NCBI GenBank assembly: GCA_004764695.1
Contig: SMSO01000014.1
Coordinates: forward strand, 2,785,648-2,849,647
Direction of reading: 5' to 3'
DNA length: 64,000 nucleotides
DNA from: Schizochytrium sp. TIO01
Taxonomy: Eukaryota > Protista > Bigyra: Labyrinthulomycetes
Notes under the pieces: model-generated
Database searches by the model: none
Told to the model about the DNA's origin: nothing
The model's input: the letters and a program-made list of their open reading frames with translations, nothing else
Shown: one piece after another, positions 37,380-48,120 of the stretch
Layout of the letters: the number at the start of each line of letters is the position of its first letter
Position numbering within the stretch: position 1 is the first letter of the stretch
Position numbers and translations under genes: made by a program

Positions 37380-39140
37380 TTAACTATGGTGGCTGTTGGG
37401 TCGCTTCCGCGCACGGCTGACCGATAAAATAAGTCCGGGTTGGCCAGGTTTACCATGAAGAAATTTTATTGCTTCCTGAATCTTAGATTCGTCTTGAAGG
37501 GTCACAAAGCCAAAGTCTCTACCTTCCATAACACGAATGCGAGGTTGGCCATTGTGGTCCCTCTCGATACCAAACTGTTCAAAATGACGGAGGCACTCAT
37601 TGAAAGCAGATGTACTCTCTTTTGGCAAGCCCGATACAAAGAGGACTTTTTCTTCGAGTTGTTGCGATGCACGTGGCCGCCTGTGCCCACCAGTGTGTCC
37701 ACCTCGCGCCCCCCCTCCGTGATGACCACCATAGCCACTTCCGAAGCTGCTAGCATGCGGTCGCATCCCATTCATATGATGGAACTTCTTTTGCGGTGAG
37801 AGTGCAGATGAGCTTCCACCAGACGGTGTGCGTACTTGAGCTGGTCGGTGGCCCCACCACACACCGTGGATAATGACATCCTCCTTATCACCGTAGTGAT
37901 CCTCCACAAGAGGAACGATTAAGTATAAACTTTCTCCGTTTTTTAGGTATCGAGGGTCGGCACGATTGCCGAAAGTATCGAAATGTTTTCCGTCGAGAAA
38001 AACTAGAAAGTCCCGTTGAGTAATTGTAATGCGCAACTCGAAGCGCTTATTTTTTGTGATAGGCATGCTGCTTTGTTTTGCCCGATCAACCCACTTTCCA
38101 CCTACAAAGGCATTCTGTTGAATCTGCTTCTTGCCCCAGCCATCACGCGGGTTAAAATGATATAAGAAAATAGTTTTCTCATCTCTCTCCTTGTATGAGG
38201 CTGAGGGTGCGATATTGATGGAGAAGCGCTCCGATGCATCTGGAAAAGTACCCCAGATGACAACCGTATTGCCCTGCTGTGGACCCTGGCCAGAAACATT
38301 TGTGATTCTTGGAGTATTAGACGGCGCTTCATGTTCGAGTTCAGGAAGTTTGATAACCAGTGGTTCTTTGCTCTCCGTTGATCTCCAGTCGGAAAGCATT
38401 AGCACTCCTGCATCATCATAGTTCGAGCTCAACATACTAATGGACTTGCCTCGGTCCATCTGGCCCTGAGCTAAAGCATGCGATGCACTTGCTGGTGTAA
38501 TCGCGGATTGTGGTGATTGAAGCACCTGGCTATTTTCTGGTAGGGTAGCATTGATTCTTGGTCTCTTCACCACTCCTGCTCTAGGGTCTCGATCCCCAAA
38601 TACGCCTCCTCTGCGTTTGTTTTCCTCCATCTCCTGAGCTCTCCGTGCGGCCGCTACTTGTTCCACTCTCGCTGAAAACTTGGGAACAAGTTTCTTCGAA
38701 TGCACGTACTTAACCAGCAGCCTTTGTTCTTGTTCGGTCAAATCATGCACAATATTTTGATACCTTTCCGGCACAGACAACCTTGACACGCTGCTGCTCA
38801 TGGCTGCGCTTGCAGCTTGGCTAGCCTCAATTGATTCAGCATCATCATCGTCATCATCGTCGTCATCTGATATAACCACTCTCCCTACAGTCCCTGAACC
38901 TGCAGAGCTTCGAAATTGTGTGCTCGATCTCGATCTGTTTTGAGGTTCTTCATAATCGGCGTCGAGAGCGTCGCGTTTGTCCACCGGCTCCGCGATATCG
39001 TCGTCGAGGTCTTCCTGATCATGAAGCGACTTGCGACCTTCGGAATCAGAATCAGATTCGTCACTGCTGCTCACGTCCACGTCCACGTTCGACGCGGCGG
39101 CGGCGCCGCCAGGCGGCAGTTTGATCCGAATCGTTGTCAT
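37380..39140 (-). CDS. Galectin-domain + RRM fusion protein
   Basis: Galectin-like CRD ~38290-37855 (VVIWG...RFSINI...HFNPR...QQN...GKW...FELRI...VFLDGKHF), a Gly/His/RGG linker, then an RRM ~37650-37405 (RNP2 LFVSGL, RNP1 RDFGFV). Likely start ATG 39140. No signal peptide. Confidence 0.8.
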   Translation of the reverse strand: MTTIRIKLPPGGAAAASNVDVDVSSSDESDSDSEGRKSLHDQEDLDDDIAEPVDKRDALDADYEEPQNRSRSSTQFRSSAGSGTVGRVVISDDDDDDDDDAESIEASQAASAAMSSSVSRLSVPERYQNIVHDLTEQEQRLLVKYVHSKKLVPKFSARVEQVAAARRAQEMEENKRRGGVFGDRDPRAGVVKRPRINATLPENSQVLQSPQSAITPASASHALAQGQMDRGKSISMLSSNYDDAGVLMLSDWRSTESKEPLVIKLPELEHEAPSNTPRITNVSGQGPQQGNTVVIWGTFPDASERFSINIAPSASYKERDEKTIFLYHFNPRDGWGKKQIQQNAFVGGKWVDRAKQSSMPITKNKRFELRITITQRDFLVFLDGKHFDTFGNRADPRYLKNGESLYLIVPLVEDHYGDKEDVIIHGVWWGHRPAQVRTPSGGSSSALSPQKKFHHMNGMRPHASSFGSGYGGHHGGGARGGHTGGHRRPRASQQLEEKVLFVSGLPKESTSAFNECLRHFEQFGIERDHNGQPRIRVMEGRDFGFVTLQDESKIQEAIKFLHGKPGQPGLILSVSRARKRPNSHHS

Positions 39141-40166
39141 GGCGGTCGGCCTGGACAAATTCCAGCGAATGAACCACCACAACAGAAGAGGTTAGGTTAA
39201 ACACGGGCTGGAAGGCACGGGTCAGTACAAGAGATGGTTCGATGCCGAGGCTCCCGCCCGGGTTGACGTGGATCCACAGCGTAGGGGAGCTCCTCGCAGG
39301 GGTGGATAACTTTGACTTGGGCTCTTGCTCAAAGTATTATTTTTGGTTTTTCACTTCTCTGCTTTTACTATCTAATCAGTAGGCAGTATGTATTGTTCAA
39401 TAGCAGTAAGGGATAGTAGCACCAGGGTACCTTTGGTACAAGAATGTAATCATACATAATCAGATGACGGCAACGAGAACGACGTTCAGGTTTGACGCAT
39501 TGGGTTCTTTGCTGACGAGAGGTCGAATAGGACATACTTGGCATAAAATACAAAATGAAGACCTAATTTCTTTCGAGCGCTGCCAACTGACCGAATAAAT
39601 TTGGGGGTTCTTCATAGGCTTCATGATAATAGGAAGAGAGTTAACATGGATTTCAATGAATGTATTTTGACTCCTTGATAGAACATGACGTTCTTGTACG
39701 ATAAATTGAATACATAGAAACACAGAAATACTATCTCAACCTTTGCGTTGCTGTGAAGTTTAGATAAAGGTTTGAGACCAAGATTATTTCAAAGTTGCAG
39801 TGTTAGTTAGTTCAACAGCGACATCTTCAAGATATTCAAACTGCCTTCATCAATTACAAGTGAAGTCTCATGGACAAGGAAGATAAGGATAAGAACAGGA
39901 CAAGCGATTTTGGATTGGGCTTAATCTCTTAGATCATGATTTGATGCAATTATCGACGACAGGACAAATTTCAATGTTAAACTATCTCAAGAAACGGATA
40001 CAAGAAATTCGGGACGAATTGAATGAATGTAGGGAGAAAATAAACAGCCAGAAAATGTGTGTCAGAGCGAAAATCGATTTCTCTTTTTGCGCTAGATAGT
40101 TGAATTATTGTGGTAGAAGGTATTTGTTTTCAGGACAGCAAAAGGTTTGGGGAGTAAGTCGCATAC

Positions 40167-42308
40167 TTAGTCGACGCTCTCCATGGCGGAGAAGTCCTCC
40201 TCATCGCCACCCTCGTCAAGGGCAGGGAGGTCATCGAGGTCATCAAGACCCTCATCAGCCTCGGCGCCGTCATCGATGCTGAGACCAAGCTTGACGAGCT
40301 TGTGGAGACGGCCAGCAAACTGGACGGGGTCGTCGAGGGAGAAGCCGGAGGTGAGGAGAGCAGTCTCGTAAAGGAGCCAGATAAGGTCCTTGACGGTCTT
40401 GTCAGAGGCATCAGCGTCAGCCTTCTCGCGGAGGGCGCGGATGATGCTGCTGTACGGGTTGATCTCCATGGTCTTCTTGGAGGCCATGTAGCCCATGGTG
40501 GAGCTGTCGCGGAGGGCCTGGGCCTTCATGACACGCTCCATGTTAGCGGACCAACCGTACTCACCAGTGGAGAGGGTGCACGGGGAGTCAACCATGCGGT
40601 CGGAGACGATGACCTTCTCAACCTTGTCATCGAGCACAGACTTGATGAGCTCGGTGAGCTTAGCGGTCTTGGCCTTCTCCTCCTCGAAGTCCTTCTTCTC
40701 CTCGTCGTCAAGGCTGAGGTCAAGACCCTCCTTGGTGACAGAGATGAGCTTCTTGCCATCGAACTCCTTGAGCTGCTGAACGGCGTACTCATCGATGGGG
40801 TCGACCATGAAGAGGCACTCGTAGCCCTTCTTGCGGAGACGCTCGAGGAAGGGAGAGTTCTCGACGGCCTTGCGGGACTCACCGGTGATGTAGAAGATAC
40901 CCTGCTGCTTCTCAGGCATGCGGGAGATGTAGTCCTTCAAGGAGGTCATCTCCTCGCCAGACTTGGTGGACGGGTAGCGAAGGAGCTCAGCGAGCTTCTG
41001 GCGGTTCTGGGAGTCCTCGTGTACACCGAGCTTGAGGTTCTTGGAGAAGGCCTCGTAGAACTTGGCGTACTTGCCATCAGCGGAGTCATCCTCAGCAAGC
41101 TCAGCGAAGAGCTCGAGGCACTTCTTGATGAGGTTCTTGCGGATAACCTTGAGCACACGGTTCTGCTGAAGGGTCTCACGGGAGATGTTAAGGGGAAGAT
41201 CCTCAGAGTCAACAATACCGCGGACGAAGCCGAGCCACTCGGGCATGAGGTCCTCGCAGTTGTCCATGATGAAGACACGGCGAACGTAGAGCTTGATCTG
41301 GTTCTTCTTCTTGGTGTTGCCACCCTCGAACATGTCGAAGGGAGCACGCTTGGGCACGAAGAGGAGAGCGCGGAACTCGAGGTTACCCTCGACGGAGAAG
41401 TGCTTGGTGGCAAGGGGAGCCTCCCAGTCGTTGGAGATGCTCTTGTAGAAGGCATCGTACTCCTCGGTGGTGACATCATCGGGCTTGCGCATCCAGATGG
41501 GCTTCTGGTTGTTGAGGAGCTCCCACTCAGAGGTGACCTCCTTGACCTTCTTGGTCTTCTTCTTCTTCTCGCCGTCTTCCTCCTTGTCGGTCACGTCCTC
41601 GACCTTGGGGGCATCACCCTCCTCTTCCTCTTCCTCCTCTTCGTCGTCGGTGACCTCCTTCTCGGTCTCCTTCTCAACCAAGAGGTAGATGGGGAAGCTG
41701 ATGAACTCGGAGTGCTTCTTGATGAGGTCCTTGATGCGGCGCTCCTCAAGGTACTCCTCCTGGTCGTCCTTAAGGTGGAGAACGATGTGGGTACCGCGGG
41801 GGATACGCTCGTACTCGGTATCCTCAGTCACGGTGAAAGAGCCACCAGCGGAGGAAGACCAAACCCACTGCTTGTCGTCGTCGTTGGACTTGGAGTGGAC
41901 CTCGACGCGGTCAGCAACAAGGTAAGCGGAGTAGAAACCGACACCGAACTGACCAATCATAGAGATATCAGCACCAGCCTGGAGAGCCTCCATGAAGGCC
42001 TTGGTGCCGGACTTGGCGATGGTACCGAGGTTGGTCACGAGGTCCTTCTTGGTCATACCAATACCGGAATCGCAGATGGTGAGGGTCTTGTTGGCCTTGT
42101 CGGGGATGATCTTGATCTCCATCTTCTCGCAGGCCTCGAGGACCTTGGGGTCTGCGATGGAGGAGAAGCGGATCTTATCGAGAGCATCACTGGCGTTGGA
42201 GACGAGCTCACGAAGGAAGACCTCCTTGGAAGAGTAGAAGGTGTTGATGATCAGCGAAAGAAGCTGGCTGATATCAGCCGCGAACGAGAATGTCTCGGCG
42301 TCGCTCAT
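40167..42308 (-). CDS. HSP90: Cytosolic heat shock protein 90
   Basis: [70 protein letters not shown]-terminal MESVD. True start at MSDAETF (42308). Confidence 0.99.
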   Translation of the reverse strand: MSDAETFSFAADISQLLSLIINTFYSSKEVFLRELVSNASDALDKIRFSSIADPKVLEACEKMEIKIIPDKANKTLTICDSGIGMTKKDLVTNLGTIAKSGTKAFMEALQAGADISMIGQFGVGFYSAYLVADRVEVHSKSNDDDKQWVWSSSAGGSFTVTEDTEYERIPRGTHIVLHLKDDQEEYLEERRIKDLIKKHSEFISFPIYLLVEKETEKEVTDDEEEEEEEEGDAPKVEDVTDKEEDGEKKKKTKKVKEVTSEWELLNNQKPIWMRKPDDVTTEEYDAFYKSISNDWEAPLATKHFSVEGNLEFRALLFVPKRAPFDMFEGGNTKKKNQIKLYVRRVFIMDNCEDLMPEWLGFVRGIVDSEDLPLNISRETLQQNRVLKVIRKNLIKKCLELFAELAEDDSADGKYAKFYEAFSKNLKLGVHEDSQNRQKLAELLRYPSTKSGEEMTSLKDYISRMPEKQQGIFYITGESRKAVENSPFLERLRKKGYECLFMVDPIDEYAVQQLKEFDGKKLISVTKEGLDLSLDDEEKKDFEEEKAKTAKLTELIKSVLDDKVEKVIVSDRMVDSPCTLSTGEYGWSANMERVMKAQALRDSSTMGYMASKKTMEINPYSSIIRALREKADADASDKTVKDLIWLLYETALLTSGFSLDDPVQFAGRLHKLVKLGLSIDDGAEADEGLDDLDDLPALDEGGDEEDFSAMESVD

Positions 42309-42341
42309 TGTGCTTGTTGGGTTGGCTGTACTAAAAATAGT

Positions 42342-42784
42342 CTGTAGTTTCAAAAAAAAACAAAAACAGAATCAACAGTTTGTCAGTTAGTTTTATTGTG
42401 TTCGAGCAATTCTTACACAAAAAAGACTTCTTGTAGATGGAAATGCAAGTAGTCTACTGTGCAATCTCACTCCCTCTCCTGTGCCACCAAGGCCGTGCGC
42501 AAGCTCTCCGTTGCGCTGCAAAACTTCTGCGCTTCGCAACCGTCCGTTTGTCCCTTCCTCTCTATCTATTTACTAGTAAGTGCATAGATAACAATAAGAA
42601 GAAGATACAATCCGAGCCGCCGCCGTTGAGCCACCAAGCCGAGTTGCAAGACGCACTCGGCGGAGTGAAGCGCGAGAGTTCGCTGCGAGATGACAAAGCA
42701 AGCACACCTCCACTGATGGGAGCGAGAAGAAGCGAAGTCGAGGCCAATAGTCGCGGCTGAAGATGTATGTCCTCAAGTACGTAC
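42342..42784 (-). other. Putative 5'-UTR intron of HSP90
   Basis: Minus-strand donor CAG|GTACGT at 42784, branch CTAAC at 42390-42386, poly-T tract, and acceptor CTACAG at 42342 (alternatives 42331, 42326). Confidence 0.7.
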
Positions 42785-42884
42785 CTGCCGTTGCGAGTTA
42801 GGTGTCTGCTGCAACTCTGGCCGCAATTTGCTGCTCGGCCATCCCAGCTCACCTACTCACAAACTACCCCCCAATCATTTGCAC

Positions 42885-43279
42885 CTATATCGCCCAAATA
42901 ACACCCAAGGAGGCGCTCCGATCCTTCTCGAAGGAAGGAGGGGTATTCCAGGCTGGCTCCCCTCTTTTCAAACATGCGCAAATCCTTCTCGAAAACGCCC
43001 TCTCCCCACCCTCCTATCAACCCGCCGGTCTTCCAGAACGCATTTTCAGGCCAAATTGGGGTTCCGCAACGTCAACGGTCGCGCACGCGGCGCTCTCAGT
43101 CTCTCTCTCTCCCTCTTCGCCAGGAAGAAGTCGGGAACTGCCTCAAGCGGGCGTTGGCGGCCAGGCGAGAACGGCGCGTCCCGCTCCGTGGCGAGCCTGC
43201 CTGGCTGGCCCGCAGCAAAGCAAGCAGCCAAGCAAGCAGTCAAGTACTGAGGTCGCTGGGTCAAGCGAGTGTTCGAGAA
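42885..43279 (-). promoter_or_regulatory. HSP90 promoter with heat-shock-element-like TTCnnGAA units and a TATA-like box
   Basis: TTCTCGAA at 42925 and 42986 (both within ATCCTTCTCGAA), TTCCAGAA at 43031, TTCGAGAA at 43272; TATA-like sequence at ~42885-42889. Confidence 0.6.
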
Positions 43280-43682
43280 TCCGAAAAAGCTCGGATCGTC
43301 CGCCTTCCATATTAATGATAGGGGCTCTGTACGAGTCCATCAACGGCAACGCGCTCATCTCGAGCGGCGCTATCGCTATGGCCATGCGCAGAGGTCGTGG
43401 TGCCCAGTGGAGTGAGCGGCAGGAGGCCTGGAGGGAGGAGGCTCTGCGCTGGAGGGTGTCGGTGCTCGTGCTCGAGTAGATTCCGGGTCAACGTGAATAG
43501 CAACAGCTGACACGGGTGTGCAATTTTGCAAAAGTTTGTGCTCCAGAGCAAGCTGGTGACTGGAGTTATTATTGCCTGAGCGTTGCCAACGACGATCCTT
43601 CGCGACTCTCGCGAGGGTGGCTGGCCACAGGGCTGTTCTAGCAGCAGCACCTGCCTGGCTGACTGCTCGAAGACGGTGATGG

Positions 43683-43719
<37 letters not shown>
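43683..43719. repeat. (GAT)n microsatellite
   Basis: About 12 GAT units. Confidence 0.9.
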
Positions 43720-43722
<3 letters not shown>

Positions 43723-45359
43723 AAGCAATGCGAACTTCGAAGAACTCGTGCTTCGGCGGGGATGACCTGGCGGGCTGTGCAGAGGAGATCAGTAAGGTGG
43801 TGCTAGTGGAAACCATAGTATAAGAAAGCGCAAGCGCTCTCGAGAGGTAGTAAGTAGTAGGTAGGTAGGTAGGTAGAGCAGGTGGCCGACTTGAGTAGAA
43901 CTTGAGGAGGATCTCGAAGAATCCTCTCAAGTTGGGAGTAGTTGCTGGAGGTTAACTTGAAGACGAGTCATGATAAACGTATTGCTTAATGTGAATGATG
44001 AATTGATTGGTGATGCTGTGGAGAGTATTCTGTCTCAAAGCAAAACAACGCTTAGGGATAACTGTGCGTTGAGTCGTCGTCGTCGTTATAGTGTATCGTG
44101 ATGTTTTGTCTCTAAACAGGCTGTCTACTTTTGACACTGATGGCATCACGTCTTAATTTCAGACATCATTCGTATCACACACACACACACCAAAGGAGGA
44201 AGTACTAGCTAGTAATTTTGGATCTATGCGTGTGATGTCGGGTAACAGTACTCTTCTGTAGAGATAGTGCATGTTTATTTAAGTTTATGTTATTTTCAAT
44301 GTTTTGCTGGAATTAGCATGGCCACATTGACACGTGGACATACAAATAAAGTGCTAGGTTTGAGAATAGAAGTAATAATTTGGATGCTTAACTTGTCCCG
44401 AATCTTTGTATCTGGGAATTATTGAAAAAAATAATGAGGTTAGGGGAACATGGGTCGGCACTAATGAGTTCTATTGCAATCGTGTGCAGCAACTCTCAAT
44501 ATCGGGGTTTGGGGATTTTGAGCCCGACAGGCTGGTGATCTTCTTATAGCCCAGAGAGAATAAGCTTTCCTTTCCAAAGAAAAAGATCGCATGGCAATTC
44601 AAGGGGAATTAAGTATGCACACGCCAGCTAAACTACTGCAGCCTCAAACAGTTAGAAAACCTTTCGCATTTACCAAGATGGCACCATTGAAAGACTGCGA
44701 CTTTTACTTCGCTAGACTAATCTACTATCCACATGGCGTCTTCAAAACATTTCTAGCGTCGTGGCAGCAGATCCCTTCTTTAGGTTATCTTGCTTGGCCC
44801 CAATAGCGTTTAGAGGGCTTTATTATTTCTACTCGACACCTAGTACGGGCCAGAGTAGTTTGTATGTTTCATGTCAGCACAGCACAGAACCCGTTCTCGG
44901 GGCTCCAGGTCACCCACAGATCTCTTCTCTGCTATAATTTCGGATCGGAAGACCTCGTCGTGACAGCAATCATTACGCTCTGGTCCATCCCTAGCCTGGC
45001 CTGAACTCGCCTACCCAAGCCTACCTCGAGGTGCTCTGAGTCCCTCACTCTGTTGTGGATCAGCTTTAGAAGATCTTGCAGTCCTTATCAATTTGCACAG
45101 AGTCTTAGTAGATAGATATAAGCAGAGGTACGGTATCATGAGCACCTGCGCTCGTCTGAGAACTGACTAAGAAGTCGTACCTACCTAGGTAGTAGATGAT
45201 AGCGACTTGAGTTGAGCATTCCCGTCACGAGCTTGTTTCCAGAGCTATTTCCGTCGCGGCCGAGAGCTTCTTGAGCGGTGATATCGAAGGCAGCAGTGTT
45301 CTGAGGCTAGTTCGGCATCTGCGTTTTGCTACTTTTGTGGAACGGTATAGGAGGAGGTG

Positions 45360-46556
45360 ATGGGCGGGGAGAAACCTGAACGCGCCGTCGCTTCGGCGAC
45401 AGTGAAGAACTGGCGTTCTGCTGACGAAGGCCACGCTGAGTATGAGGTGGAGTGGCACACGAATGACGGTGCGAGCGGAACGGTTTGGCGTCGTTTCCGA
45501 GAGTTCGACGGGCTTACTCAGGAGGTTGGTGCTGGAGCCGACGAACTCCCGGGCAAGATTTTTGGTAGCAAATCTCCTCGCAAGCGATCCAAAGGGTTGA
45601 ATGCAGTTTTAAAAGCAGTCATTCTCAAAGCACCAACATCTGCTGGTTTACACAGATTTTTAAGGATTCCCGAGGACGAGGATGGTCTACAAGCAAATGT
45701 TTTTAAGGTTCGTCAGCAGCTTTTATCGTTAGCAAAGGATATTCAGGATGCTGACATGAAGCCTCCACAGGGGTGGAAATTGTGCTCGTCAAAAAATGGC
45801 ATGACAAGCTGTAACAATAGTGCTGAGGGAAAACGCGGTGTTTTCGGCATAATTAAAAATTCTTCACCAGAAATCATTGGTGACATTTTGATCAATAAGC
45901 TGCCTGCTGTGGAAACAAACATTGACAAAATTGAAAAGGTCTCACCCGTCGGTGGGCTGGATGTAGTTTACATCCTTATGAAAGCCATGATGTTCATGCG
46001 CCCTAGGGATGTGGTTATGATCGTAAAGCGTACGAAGGAAGAAGATGGGACAGAGGTCATTGTTCATCTCGGGCTCAATGAGCACCCAGATGTCCCACCT
46101 CCTTCGGACGCCGGAGACCGTAAACGCGCAACTCAGAGTTTTGGCGGCATGGTGCTCCAACCAACTGATGCAGGTTGCTTTGTGCTTATTGCAAACAACC
46201 TTGACGCAAGGGTCAGTGTTCCAGACTCATATAGGTCCACAGTAGATGACTACACCACCAACATGATTGCAGATAACTTTGTGAACTTGCAGAAGCTTGC
46301 ACAACAGGCAGCTCGTCAGCAACCAAAAACCACAAACTCGTCCTCCATGGCCGCACAGACTTCTTCTGCTTCGGCACCCGGTACTTCAGCATCTAAGCTA
46401 ACAAATGGTAGTTCTAAAACTAGCGCGCTCAAGTCTGGGTCTGATCCGAAATCTACCCCGTCCTCTGAAACAGGTGGCAATGGACCATACATTGCAATAG
46501 CTTCGATCAGCATTGTCGCTATAGCCCTTTACATTGCTGCAGTGCACCAGACATAA
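45360..46556 (+). CDS. PX domain + START/SRPBCC-like domain + C-terminal transmembrane anchor
   Basis: PX (YEVEW...VWRRFREFDGL...LPGK...LHRFL), START-like (W.L...MRPRDVV...HPDVP...RA...GGMVLQP), S/T-rich linker, terminal hydrophobic helix YIAIASISIVAIALYIAAV. Confidence 0.75.
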   Translation: MGGEKPERAVASATVKNWRSADEGHAEYEVEWHTNDGASGTVWRRFREFDGLTQEVGAGADELPGKIFGSKSPRKRSKGLNAVLKAVILKAPTSAGLHRFLRIPEDEDGLQANVFKVRQQLLSLAKDIQDADMKPPQGWKLCSSKNGMTSCNNSAEGKRGVFGIIKNSSPEIIGDILINKLPAVETNIDKIEKVSPVGGLDVVYILMKAMMFMRPRDVVMIVKRTKEEDGTEVIVHLGLNEHPDVPPPSDAGDRKRATQSFGGMVLQPTDAGCFVLIANNLDARVSVPDSYRSTVDDYTTNMIADNFVNLQKLAQQAARQQPKTTNSSSMAAQTSSASAPGTSASKLTNGSSKTSALKSGSDPKSTPSSETGGNGPYIAIASISIVAIALYIAAVHQT

Positions 46557-47088
46557 AAAGTTTGTCCCCATGGCTTTTTCATCTAGCATTTTGTACAGCA
46601 CCAAGTGTCAGGAACGTGTTCGTGTGTCTGGTTGTATATTCTTTCTACCTTCTGAATACAATAGTTAAATCTTCCCCGCCTCTAGAATTAAAAAATTAGC
46701 TTATATCAATCCATGTTGGCGTGTTAATTCAAGTACATCATCTACATTAAATTGCAACATACTGCTAATGTATCAAATAAATCGATTAAAACTTCCAAAA
46801 TAGCACAATTTAGTATTATGTAGCAAAAGAAACAGGACAAATACCGAGCACTACGTGACTTGCATCCGCTTTCGTTCAAAGCAAGTTTTAAATAACGCTC
46901 ATAGTGATGGTGGCTCTGGTCTGATATCAGCATAGAGAAGTACAGCTGGAAAACAACAGAAAAGAGTTTTACATCAAAGAAAAGAGAGAACTCTTAATAA
47001 GGGCATGTCTTTTCTTATTTCTAGAACCGAAAGCGTATCATGATATCATGACCACAGTCTTGTACCCGAACTCTTATTCATTCGCTTG

Positions 47089-48120
47089 CTACTGTGACGG
47101 AGGCGCGCGAGCCATGCCCCAGATCTCGCGAGCGGGAGGCAATGACGCCAAGGGTGAAAGGTCCGTGGTGGCTCCAGACTCCGCGTAGGGGATGACTGCG
47201 TCCGGGTCGAGCACGTCGCAGACCTGACCAATAACAAGAATAGCCGGTGATGCAACACCAGCCTTTTCTGCCTTATCCGGAAGCGATGCAACCGTTCCAC
47301 GCACCACGACTTCGCCACGAGTAGTTCCGCTTTGAATGACCGCTGCCGGTGTACTGGGAGCCCAGTTTACATTAGATACGAGGTAGTTGCAGATTTTGCG
47401 CATGTTCTTGGCTCCCATAAGGACCACGAGCGTGGCTTCATGGCGCGGGACGTGATCCCAATCAGCCGCTCCAGGTTCTCCAGGTGCTACATGTCCGGTA
47501 AGGACCATGAAGGAGGTGGCTACTCCCTTCTGGGTCACAGGGATCCCGGCGCAAGCTGGCACTGCGATCGAGCTTGACAAACCTGGTACTACCTCACACT
47601 TCACACCAGCTTCCCGGAGCGCCAAAATCTCGTCACCACCAAGCCCATACACGAAGGGGTCTCCGCCCTTCAGCCTGACGATCGTAGAGCCCTCCGGAAC
47701 ATCATAATCAGCATGGGAGTTCGTAGCAAGGTCTACGAGAACTTTGTTGATCTCAGACTGCGGGAAACGCTTCTTAGTCGGTGCCTTGCCCACATTCACT
47801 AGTGTGACGCCGTTCTTGGTCATTGCAATGAGTTCTGGTGAGACTAGGCGGTCATGAACAAGGAAATCCGCTTCGGCGATAGCTTTGGCGCCTCGTACTG
47901 TGATCAAGTCAGCGCTGCCGGGGCCTGCGCCAACGAGCACCACACGAGGACCTTTTGATTTGGCGTTGCCTCCGTGCGAGACGCCCAGACGAGCTGCCAG
48001 AACGGGGTTCGAGCGACGCAAATGCCACACAAGCGCCAAGGCGGTGGCGGCAGCAGCACCGCAAGAAGCAGCAACCGCGATGCCGACGACGGACTGCGTA
48101 GACCACGAGGACTGCGGCAT
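47089..48120 (-). CDS. cobA: Uroporphyrinogen-III C-methyltransferase (SUMT; siroheme precursor synthesis)
   Basis: LVGAGPGSADLITVRG, HDRLVS, RLKGGDPFVYG, VVPGLSS, GIPVT, TLVVLMG, SPAILVIG; hydrophobic N-terminal extension. Confidence 0.93.
   Translation of the reverse strand: MPQSSWSTQSVVGIAVAASCGAAAATALALVWHLRRSNPVLAARLGVSHGGNAKSKGPRVVLVGAGPGSADLITVRGAKAIAEADFLVHDRLVSPELIAMTKNGVTLVNVGKAPTKKRFPQSEINKVLVDLATNSHADYDVPEGSTIVRLKGGDPFVYGLGGDEILALREAGVKCEVVPGLSSSIAVPACAGIPVTQKGVATSFMVLTGHVAPGEPGAADWDHVPRHEATLVVLMGAKNMRKICNYLVSNVNWAPSTPAAVIQSGTTRGEVVVRGTVASLPDKAEKAGVASPAILVIGQVCDVLDPDAVIPYAESGATTDLSPLASLPPAREIWGMARAPPSQ

Noticed and set aside
39200-39265. GGTTCGATGCC resembling a tRNA T-loop
   Set aside because: No T-stem or cloverleaf pairing could be built.
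40302-42347. 681-aa antisense ORF overlapping HSP90
   Set aside because: Codon-aligned mirror ORF; it arises because the highly biased sense gene avoids TTA, CTA and TCA. No domain is recognisable.
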